This document shows, piece by piece, positions 53,839 to 64,000 of a DNA stretch of 64,000 nucleotides (position 1 is the stretch's first letter; every line of letters begins with the position of its first letter). The position numbers were made by a program, and so were the translations under genes. This stretch comes from Geosiphon pyriformis uo1 (Eukaryota > Fungi > Glomeromycota), in assembly GCA_016748015.1 (NCBI GenBank), contig JAAOMT010000003.1:1430373-1494372 (forward strand). Direction: 5' to 3'. A model generated the notes under the pieces. It saw nothing but the letters and a program-made list of their open reading frames with translations, did no database searches and was not told where the DNA came from.

Positions 53839-54969
53839 AGATAATTGTCTGAAATATATTTAAAAGGGGTTTATTACATAATTCTCAAAATTTTTTAATT
53901 AATTCTATTCGATAATTTTACATTTGTAAATTTGCTATTTTTTAAAATTTTCTCTGAAGCTTTTTGATATTCACATTTTCTAAAACGTTTCCAATTCAAC
54001 TTGGGAAATAAAAAAAAGTGTAGATCTGCATTTTAACACAACTTAGGAGCTTTGATTTTTTGATGTTCTTTATGGTTGAGATTGACGGGTGCCCAATCTG
54101 GTTTATCTCTCTTCAAACAATCATTTTAGATCCTATTTTTGTTTTTTACTAAAAGTTTCATGTCAAATCGGATAGTAAGCAAATTTATTAATTTTTACTT
54201 TGTGAAATTACCTGAAATTCAAAAATTTTCCGCTTTTGAGTACATCTTTGTTCCATTTTGTTATCAAAAACTTTGAAAATTCTTGAAAATTTTATATTTT
54301 TTATAACGCTAAAATTTCAAACTGATTCAAGTTTTTCTATTTCTTTTAAATAAAATTTAATGAAAATTAAGAATTCATGAGTTTTAAAAATTGTTATATG
54401 AAGTATTTTATTCAAATGAAATTTATTTTAAAAAAATAGGTTGAAAAAACTGCATATTAAAAACAAAAAGGCTGAACAGTTAAAATAAAGATAAAAACTT
54501 TTAATCTTTTATAAGATTTATTATGTCATAAATCAAAAAGTTTTAAGACTAATAACAGACAGAACTAAAAACAAGAATAAACATAACTAAAAATAAATAG
54601 GAAGAAATTTAAGCAAAGCATAATTTAATAAGAGTTTTGCTAAAAATAAAAAACTATTCTAACTTGAAAGATGTAATTTTTAAAAAAAACATAATAATAA
54701 TTCATCATTAGCATATTATTATTATTATATCTTATTATTATAGCATTTTATGTAAAAAAAATTGTATCAAATTTCTTAAAAAAATCCGAAAAAACCTCTA
54801 AAAACAAGATGTCTAATAAAATGAATAACGACATGAGAATTCCTATTTGTAGAACTTTCAAGGAAGAAAAACAAAAAAATTAATTCCTCGAATAATAATT
54901 TTCATTGCTTTACATGAGGTATATTGTGATGTTCCATCAAGTTACCTATTATTTGTAGTTGCCATTTTT

Positions 54970-54971
<2 letters not shown>

Positions 54972-55008
<37 letters not shown>
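54972..55008. repeat. (ATT)n microsatellite
   Basis: Pure attatt run. Confidence 0.9.
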
Positions 55009-55011
<3 letters not shown>

Positions 55012-55374
55012 GAAGAAATTCCTATTCTGTTGTCGCTATTAAATTTATTTTATAAAATATGTAATACAATTTGTTAACTTTCATTGAATCCTTTTGAACT
55101 TTGGAATTAACCGGGTTGTCATGGTTTAGGCTAAGCTAACTTGCCGAACAAATAAGTCGATTCTGGAAAAAAAGCGGTACGGCAGAATCATTACCACTAT
55201 TTATATTTTGTGATTTCATTTGTGAGTCACACAGTTGAATTTTTAAAACTCTTTTACTTTAATAAACGAGTCAATAATAATAGAAACATTTCAAAAACAT
55301 AATAGAAATAAGCGTATTATAAAAGTGCTTATTCTAAACCATCAAATTCATTTAATAAAATTACATTTAGTTAC

Positions 55375-56256
55375 CTATAGTACATTATTCTCGGATAAAA
55401 ATTCGCTAATTTCTTCCTCATACTGTTGAGTATGAGTGGCCCAATGCCTAACATGATCACTTTTTTCAAAAGAAACCCTTTTGGTAACATAACCTTCATT
55501 CAAACTTCTTTTTACATATTTTTCGACTTCTTGATATGGAACTAAGTCATCTGTTTTGGAAAACACAAATAATCTAGGACAATTGGTTGCCTCCTCTTGA
55601 AACAATGCATGCTCACAAAATGGTAGGAATGACTTAGTTCTCGTGAAGTAATAATAAAGTATCAAAAATGGAGTAATTAGTAAAACAAGAAATCTGACCA
55701 AAACCATTGTAAAGAATTTTTTCATTGGATTTGTTTGAACCGATGTAAATAGTTTGTGAAAATTTAAAACACCAGAGTGACCTGGTGCTGAATCAAGAAT
55801 CACAGCTGAAAATTGAAGTGGAAGATTTGAGTTGCGACAAGCGGCCACTAAACCGGCCATTCCAATTGTACCTCCGTTTGAAAGAGCGTGAGCGATAAGT
55901 TTGGGTTGTTGCTTGATTGACGGATTGCTCGAAATAATTGTTTCTTGATCATCACTAATATTTGATGTAATTAAACCGAACTCCTTCAAAAATGGAATAA
56001 AGCCCGCAGCGGCACGAGTTGCTGTCAGGGGGAAATAAACATAAGGGTAACCGGTCGAGATCCAGTATAAAATGTGAAAATTCCCTTTCTTTCTCCAATA
56101 AGAAGCAACCTTGGAAACATGTCGAAGTGTACAATTAGTCCATCCAAACATGATTACAACGTTTATGGGGCCGAGTGCGGGTGTTGGATTTTGGCATCGC
56201 TCAATGTATAATGGAAGGTTGGGGGCAATTTGTTCAATTATCGGGTTTGACATCAT
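55375..56256 (-). CDS. DUF829/TMEM53-family alpha/beta-hydrolase-fold protein, intronless
   Basis: 293-aa ORF with family motifs FGW, HALSNGG, ILDSAPG, central hydrophobic helix, PRLFVFSKTDDLVP, F.KSDHVRH...Y. Confidence 0.88.
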   Translation of the reverse strand: MMSNPIIEQIAPNLPLYIERCQNPTPALGPINVVIMFGWTNCTLRHVSKVASYWRKKGNFHILYWISTGYPYVYFPLTATRAAAGFIPFLKEFGLITSNISDDQETIISSNPSIKQQPKLIAHALSNGGTIGMAGLVAACRNSNLPLQFSAVILDSAPGHSGVLNFHKLFTSVQTNPMKKFFTMVLVRFLVLLITPFLILYYYFTRTKSFLPFCEHALFQEEATNCPRLFVFSKTDDLVPYQEVEKYVKRSLNEGYVTKRVSFEKSDHVRHWATHTQQYEEEISEFLSENNVL

Positions 56257-56979
56257 GTGGCGGTGCGATTCAAAAGAGTTGGAAATTAAGTTAAATAGAA
56301 AGAAATTAAGATTCGATACTGGATTTTTGAAAAAAAAACGGTCTATTTATATTAATCCCTCCAATTTGAGTATCCTAAAAATTAGACCTCAGAAACTTAT
56401 TTCGTATGTAATACGTGTTTGTAATAGCCATTGACTATTATTATTAAAAACGGAAGTTGATCACTGGAAAATCTTTTAACCTCGAGTTTAAATTTTGTTC
56501 AATTACTCAATGATAAATTCGTCATTGAAATGACTAAAATATATGCAAGATTATGTATTCCTCATAAACAAGTGTGAATTTTCAGATAATCTTACTTTTG
56601 AAGTTTCTAACATTTAGTTGAATCCTTAATAGAAAAAAATCATTGAGTGAATAAATTATAATTATTCCAATTCACATTTAATTAAATGAATTACAAATAT
56701 TCGGGTTAGAATTTCGCCGTTTATCGCTAAAAATATTTCCATCTTTCCAGAATTTTCTAAATACGTTGAAATTTTAAAGATTTCAAATGGTCAAAAAAGT
56801 GAGTTTAATTCCACTTATAAAATTGATAAACAATAAATCACAATTATATGACATTTTAGTTTTTTAATTAATAATGAATTCATGATTTAAGCATTTTTTA
56901 TAAGGAAAAATACTTGAATTTCAACTATTGTATTAAATTAGCATCTTAGCTTTTAATTTTAATTTTATATTATCATAGC

Positions 56980-56984
56980 TATTA

Positions 56985-57029
<45 letters not shown>
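56980..57029. repeat. (ATT)n microsatellite at the edge of an AT-rich block
   Basis: Long attatt run. Confidence 0.9.
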
Positions 57030-58927
57030 TTTTAATTTATTATTTTTATATTTCAAATTATTTTTAAATTAAATCATAAGTTTTTATAAGTATTATTTAG
57101 TTTACTATAACCTTATTATTTTTATAAAAAAAGAAATTAATTAAATAAATCATTTGTTTTAAATCATTTTTTATTAATTTATAAAAATAAATAATATAAA
57201 TAATTATGCTCTTATTATTAATAACTATATTTTTAATTATAAATATATTTTTTATAAGTTATAACCATTAATAAAATTATCTTTAAAATTGTATTTTTGA
57301 AACTTTTATATTTTTTTAAAATTAAACTATTTGTTAAAATAATATTGTATTTTTGCTAAAATAATAATTTTTTTATCAATTTAAGTTTTTTTGATTATTC
57401 TATTTTTTATATTATAATATATTATTAAATTTTGTTTATAAATTATATTTTTTGGCTATAAATATAAAAATTATTTGTTTTATTACTTTTTGAAATAATA
57501 TTATTTTTAAAAAAAACTTTACATATATTAAATAATTATTATAATTTAATTTAAATTTTTAAACAAATAATATATGTAATTTTTATTATATAAGATTTTA
57601 ATTATATAATAAATAAATATTATATTTATAATATATTAACAAAAATTTTATTTTATGTTTAATTAAAACTTTTTTGGTTGTTTTTTATTTAATGTAATTT
57701 AATTATTATATATTAAAAATAATTTATTTAATAAACTATATATACAATTTTTTCTTTTTTGTATTTTTATGATTATCTCTAAAACAAAAAGTAAAAAAGT
57801 TGTAATTTTTTTATTTTATGAAGCACCTAATTAATAAGATACTTACAGCTATTAAAATTGTTTAATAGTATTTTATAAAAGTGCTTTTCTTAAATAAATT
57901 AATAATAAACCAGTTTTCTGCTCGTTTTAAAACACTATTTTTGTTTTTAGTTAAAAATTTTTTCTTCTAAAATATTTTTAAAGAATTTTATCTGAAACAG
58001 TTCTGGTGTAATCTCTGTTTTATTTAAAAATTCTATAATACTTTATAAAAAACTGATAACTCAGTTATTTTTTTAACTTACTTTTCACCACTGCTTAAAT
58101 AACTAAAAAACCAAGACATCCAAAAAACAAACTCTTTAAATCTTTACTATAACTAATAAAACTTTTTTGAAATACTAAAGATCTTTTTTTGATTCTAATT
58201 CTGTTGTTTTAAAGTTTGCTTTTTTTTATGGAAAATAAAATTTTGATTTTTTCGATTTTTTGGTTTTTTTGCCAATTTTGTATTACTCATAAAATTTTAT
58301 GTTAAGACTGCTATTTCTTTTGTTTTTTTTGTTACTGCTGTAATTATTATTTTTTTGTTAGCTTTAAGTTAGCGTTTTTAAAATTTGAACTGATAAAATT
58401 AGTCTTGTTAATTATATCTGTTATTAAATTTATTGGTGCTTTAAATTTTTTGGTTATATAATGTCAATTAGAGTTTTTTCTTTTTTAAATAGTAATTAAA
58501 GGAAAAAATTCTTTTATTAGGAAAGATATCACTATTTTTGGAAAAATTGTTGGTAGTTTAAGTAAAAATATTGTTAATCTTAAAATAAAATATGATATAA
58601 ATAGTTTTTTTAATGATAAAATAATTAATATTTAATTAATAATAAGAATACTTTTGCTAAAATAATAATACTTTGAAAATTGTAGATTTCTAATATTAAA
58701 TTTGATGCAAATTAAACTATTATATAGTTAACTGATTTGATTTTTGGTAGTTATAATTTGATTGTAATTATATTAAAGATATCTGTTTCGAATCAATTTA
58801 CTTTTGTAGTTTTAATATAATTTTGCCTTAATTAAAATCATGTCTGATCACATGTAAAAACATATAAGTTGCATTTAATTAAGAATTTTTTACAATCATA
58901 TTGTATTAAATAATAATTGGGTCACAT

Positions 58928-58960
<33 letters not shown>

Positions 58961-61443
58961 ATTAATTATTTAAATAGATATTTATCTAATTTTTTTATTT
59001 TTTAAAATATTTATTTATCTTAAATATTTGTTTGCACTTATTTTTTTATTATTTCTTTGTAAAATTCTATTTAATATAATTTATTATAACTAAATATAAT
59101 TAATAAATGATTTTTAACATTATAAATATTTAAAAAATAAGTTTTACATCTATTTTTGAATTGAAAATTTTTTTTAAGCAAACCAATAACTAAATTAGAA
59201 ATATACTTAATTTGAGTCTTAAAAAAAATATATATTTATAATTATAATAAAACTTATTTTAATAGCCAAAAAAACAACCAAATCTACCAAAAATTTAATT
59301 TTTTTACTATAAATTCCATAGATTTTGAAAATCAACTCTAATATTTTTGGCAATAACATTGAAAGAATTGAAAATATATAATAGAAAAAAGACAAGAATT
59401 TTAACATTAAACATTAATACAACAAACCAATTTACAAAAATTTTATATACAACAAAAAACTTAAAAAAAGGCTTAAATAAATTGAAAAAAAAACAATTTT
59501 ACAATTTGCAGCCAAATAATCCAAATTCAAAAATTTTTTATTAAATATAATATTTTTACAGAGTATTAGTTTTAATAATAACATTATTAAAAACTTTCTT
59601 AGACTTAAAAATAACAACAAATCTTTAATAATAATTAGTATTAGAAAATTAAAAAATAAACAAGTCTAATTACAGATTTAAAAAACTAAATTACTAATTT
59701 TAAAAATAATACAGTTAACCAATTTAGTCTTAAATATATATATTGACTTCTTTTTAATTAAAAAAGAGAAAAATTCAAATATATATTTTTATATTAGTAC
59801 CAATTAATAAATAAAAGCAATATTAAAAGCTTTAAAAGACTTGAAATATACAATAACATATTGCTATAAACCAGCAAGTCTTAAAAACATTAAAAATATT
59901 CTTAATATTAAGAAAATACTTTAAAAAATATTATGAAAACTATAGCAACAAAACCAAAGCTGAAACTGCAAAAAATTTCGCAAATTTAAAAATGGCAAAA
60001 AAAAATTATTAAGTTTAATTTTAACAATATTATTTAAAGAGACTTAAAATAGAAACTTTACATAAAAATTCTCAATATGATTTTTAGAAACTAGTTTCAA
60101 ATTATTAAAACCATGTAAAAATTAAAATACAGTTTTAATTAATTTTAAAAGTAGTGCTTATTCAAAAAAAATTTGTTAATTGAAAATAGTTTTTAAGCAC
60201 TATTAAAACCAATATTGTTTTTTATTTTATCAAAGTTTGAGAAAATTTAAAAATTAACTTATTATTTTGTTAGCTTATATAATTTTTAATTTTCTTTAAT
60301 ATGACTTTTATTGGTAATTTGATTCCAAAATTCCTGTTAGGCCCAGTTTCACAGTTTTGAGACATGAAAAAATAGAAAATTTCTTAATTAGAAAAAGACT
60401 ACTTCAATGTTTCAGTAGTCAGATTGCCGGTTTGAGAGTCGTTCTATTAGTGTGTGACCATTTGTAGCCATAGCTCTAAATATTACCTGAAAAAAGTTAG
60501 CTTCATACTTGAATTAAATTAATCAGAATAGCATGGTAAATTCTTGAACCTTAATATTTTTTGATCTCAGAATTACGCAAAGTTTCAAAATCCTCCCAAT
60601 TGTGATATCAAATCTACTTTTCTCTCGCATTGCTTGCAACCCATTTATCTCCTTCACATGGACATAATGTTCAGAGGTCAAAAAAAGATTATCTATTTTT
60701 CAATATCCATTTTCGTCCAAAAACCTTTTCAGCAGGTCATCTGATCAGTAAAATTTGCCCACACATCATTTCTTTTATTTCTAAAACTTCATCTTTTAGC
60801 CGCTCGCTCGCATTTAAATATTGTGTATTATTTTAACCAATAATAATATGGTACTAACCGTTGTATTGGACAGATCATCAAATTGTGCTAATTTTTTTTT
60901 GACCATGTAATGTTGCTTCTCTTTACTATTTTGGACCTATACATGAATTATTAATAAAAAAAAACGTTTTTTGGTATTGTGTGTTACTATGGCACAGTTT
61001 TTTAAAGAAGGAGCTAAACCAAGTTTCATCGGGTTGTGCTCCATAAATTGATAATTTGAATACTGTTATGTGGGAAATGAAAAATTAAAGATATCGGTAA
61101 TGAAGTAAGTGAGCAACTCGGATTTTAACGTTCCGGATATCCGTTTAAAGAGCGAGAGAGAGATCCACATCAAATTATAATTTATACCTCATGAAGATCA
61201 CCTGTACCAGTTTTTGCTGATCTCACGAAATAAAAACCCCAAAAAATAAAAATTCCTCCTCAGTTCTAACTTATCATTATTTTTCATTTCTGATAGTATA
61301 TCAATTTGAAGCAAAAAGACAATGGCATTCACATATCTGACTAAATAATAACGTTATTCTTTTCGCTGTTGAAAATTTAATTTTTTAATAATATCGTAAC
61401 CGTCTTAATAAAACACTCTTTGGGACAATTGATCTTTCTCTAC

Positions 61444-61804
61444 ATGATGAAATCATTAATCATTGACACACCAAACAAATGTTCAGCCATTTTCAGTGAC
61501 ACTAGGACTAAAACTGCTCAAAGGGAAGGATTAATTTCAAGCTCCCCTGAACCCGCTGAAAATATTATCAAATTATTTTTTGAGATTGGAAGTTTAGTTG
61601 TCACGTTTTTGGTTATCTTGGCACTAAGATTACAACGAGTTAATAAATTTCGTTTAAGAATAAAAGAAGAAAATAATAGAAATTCGAAAAATCCTTTACG
61701 CGGAAAAATTGAAAATTTACAGATCTTGAACAGCGCCAAGAAAGAATTCGGTCTAAAAAGCTCATGGTCTTCATTTACAACAACAACAACAACAACAACA
61801 ACAA

Positions 61805-61848
<44 letters not shown>

Positions 61849-64000
61849 CGATCATCATCATCATCAGCATCATCAAAAAGTTTGACTAATATGGTAAAGA
61901 ATTTAATCAACTCTAACAGTAACTTCGCTAGAACAATATCGTCGAAAGCAACCATCTTAGCTTTGTCTTCCCCGCCTCCTTTACCCTCTAAGCAAGACCT
62001 TTTGCAAACAAGCGCCAAAGCCTCAAAGAAACTTAAAAATAATAAATCAAAAACAGCTTCTTCTCCTACTACAAACGTTTCAACAGCTGAAATGTCAACT
62101 ACGATGGAAACAGGTAATCGATCTCAATCACCAATAATCACACCAAAGTCATCATATTTTGTTCATTCCCACTTGGATCCGTCTGTTCTTGCTTCAACCA
62201 CCGAATTTTCAAGAAAGGGTAGCAAAGAGCATCAAACTACTGATTATTCTGAATTAGCAGAAACAGCCGTTGGTGTCCGAGAGATTGCGAAAGAATTGGG
62301 TGAGTCTTCAAGCCTCATGGAACAGGGTCGCGTACATTATTTTCCTTTGAAATTTACGGATTCTTTAGCATAGGGTTAAATTCTTAATTTTAGAATCCAA
62401 ATTTCGATTGACATTCATGACTGCCATCCTAAGGAAACAATTTCTCATCTTAAAGTTCATTTTCAGGTCGAGCTCATATTCAGTTAGTCATAAAAACTGT
62501 CATGATCGTGACGAAACCAGGGGACCTTCGCCTAATCAAATTCACCCGAGAGCTTGCCATGTATTTGATTAACACTCCAAGATATGGTAAAGATCATGGC
62601 GTTACCGTATTCGTGGATCAACGTTTCAAAGATGAGAAACGTTTCAAATATAAAGAACTCTTACAGAACTGCCCTTTGGTCAAAGAGAATCTAAAATTCT
62701 GGACAAGCGAATTATGTGCCTCTCGATCAGAAATTTTTAATCTCATTTTGACAGTGAGTTTAAACCTTTGATTTCTTAGTTTCTTCGAACTTCTGACATA
62801 GCAAAAAGTTATATTCTATTATTAAATTTGTTTCAATAGCTGGGCGGTGATGGAACAGTTCTATATACTTCATGGCTTTTTCAAAAAGTTGTACCACCAG
62901 TTATGCCGTTTCATCTGGGCTCTTTGGGTTTTCTCACCAATTTTAATTATCAAAATTACCCTGGACACCTCACCAATGCTATGGAAGAAGGTATTCGTGT
63001 CAATCTAAGGATGAGATTCACATGCACAATATATCGACGTGTTGTCGCCTCAGATAATAAGATGAAGGCGAAAAGATGTGGAGAAACTGGCAAAATTATA
63101 ATGGAAAATTTAAAAAATGGGAACGGAAGTTGGGATGCTGTAGAGAGTGACTCGAAAATGGATTCAGAAAAATTGGCCCATCGATGTGAACATGATAAAG
63201 ATTTACCTTGTTTCATCACGCAACCCGTTGGTACACATGAAGTATTAAACGATTTGGTAGTTGATCGTGGTGTTGGTCCGTATATGAGTCTATTGGAATT
63301 GTTTGGTAAGTTTCTTTGCATTCAGTTATTAAGTAAGATGATTAGGGAAATATCTGGTTAATATAATTGTTGGAAACAGGGGATAATGAACATCTAACAA
63401 CTGTTCAAGCGGATGGTTTGGTGATAGCAACTCCAACTGGTTCCACGGCTTATTCAGTATCAGCTGGTGGCTCACTAGTTCATCCCGAGATTTCTGCTCT
63501 TTTAATTACACCAATTTGTCCTCATACCTTATCATTTCGACCGATGTTATTGCCTGATACAATGGAATTACGAATTTGTGTTCCATTCAATAGTCGAAGT
63601 ACAGCGTGGGCAAGTTTTGATGGACGAGGTCGTGTTGAGTTGAAACGTAAGTCTCTATTCAAGTTAATCCTGTATATTTCTTTGAAAACCTATATATATT
63701 TGATATAATATCATTAAACCATTAATAATTCTATTCTCTTTTTCAAATACTTGAAATCACTATTGATTTCTTTATGCATTATAGAAGGAGACCATATAAA
63801 AGTCACTTCATCAAGGTTTCCATTTCCAACTGTGTGCGTTGATTCGCAATCAAAAGATTGGTTTAATTCTTTATCTCGTTGTCTAAAATGGAATGAACGA
63901 GAACGTCAAAAAGGTTTTGTTTTTGTGGAGGATGACTTGACTGACAATGAAAATGAAGAAAAGAATGATATTTCTGGCGATGAAAAGTCCAATCTCTCCA
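61444..64000 (+). CDS. NAD(H) kinase (Utr1/Yef1-like), 3' end beyond window; start uncertain (61444 or 61891)
   Basis: [16 protein letters not shown]; VMIVTK; LILT|LGGDGTVLY; [15 protein letters not shown]; [11 protein letters not shown]; [26 protein letters not shown]; [12 protein letters not shown]; SFDGR; WNER. GT-AG introns after ~62299, 62753, 63305 and 63646. Confidence 0.93.
61777..61874 (+). repeat. Compound (ACA)n(TCA)n trinucleotide repeat (poly-Thr/poly-Ser if translated)
   Basis: acaacaaca...tcatcatca run, in frame with and upstream of the NAD kinase core. Confidence 0.9.

Noticed and set aside
57800-60250. Specific transposon call (gag/protease or transposase relic)
   Set aside because: Coding-like strand bias is present, but no convincing motif, TIR, LTR or TSD could be read; covered only under AT-rich blocks.
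61518-62018. Poly-Asp/poly-Val ORF on -
   Set aside because: Antisense of the (ACA)n(TCA)n repeat in the NAD kinase 5' region.
23838-64000. Lipid-metabolism gene cluster (DGK1, lipases, DUF829, NAD kinase)
   Set aside because: Genes are spread over 40 kb with unrelated genes and degenerate blocks between them; no evidence of co-regulation from sequence.
1-64000. tRNA or rRNA genes
   Set aside because: No cloverleaf, A/B-box or rRNA-like conserved sequence seen by eye; a tRNAscan-SE/Infernal run would be needed to exclude them.

Overview
Very AT-rich, intron-rich eukaryotic DNA from an early-diverging fungus. Glomeromycotina (arbuscular-mycorrhizal lineage) is most likely, given TKL-kinase/Sel1 genes, a BTB-BACK-TLDc gene and a dual hybrid histidine kinase. 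Intact genes: a dual hybrid histidine kinase, a GLUT-type sugar porter, a BTB-BACK-TLDc protein, DGK1, a type-I membrane protein, a two-TM protein, a DUF829/TMEM53 protein and a UTR1-like NAD kinase that runs off the right end. Pseudogenes: kinase, kinase-Sel1, Sel1, Nudix and a nuclease-like relic. Extremely AT-rich degenerate blocks separate the gene islands. The standout feature is five class-3 lipase-fold genes (one at 0.2-1.7 kb, four clustered at 44-54 kb). All five have the nucleophile Ser replaced by Gly (GHGIGG, using three different Gly codons) and lack the oxyanion Ser/Thr. Two also lack the catalytic His. All keep intact frames, disulfide Cys and an N-terminal membrane anchor. Two of them form a head-to-head inverted duplication with near-identical introns but two sharply divergent coding blocks, one being the lid. 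This suggests a family of non-catalytic, diversifying lipid-binding or recognition proteins. Gene models were spliced by eye and no database searches were run.
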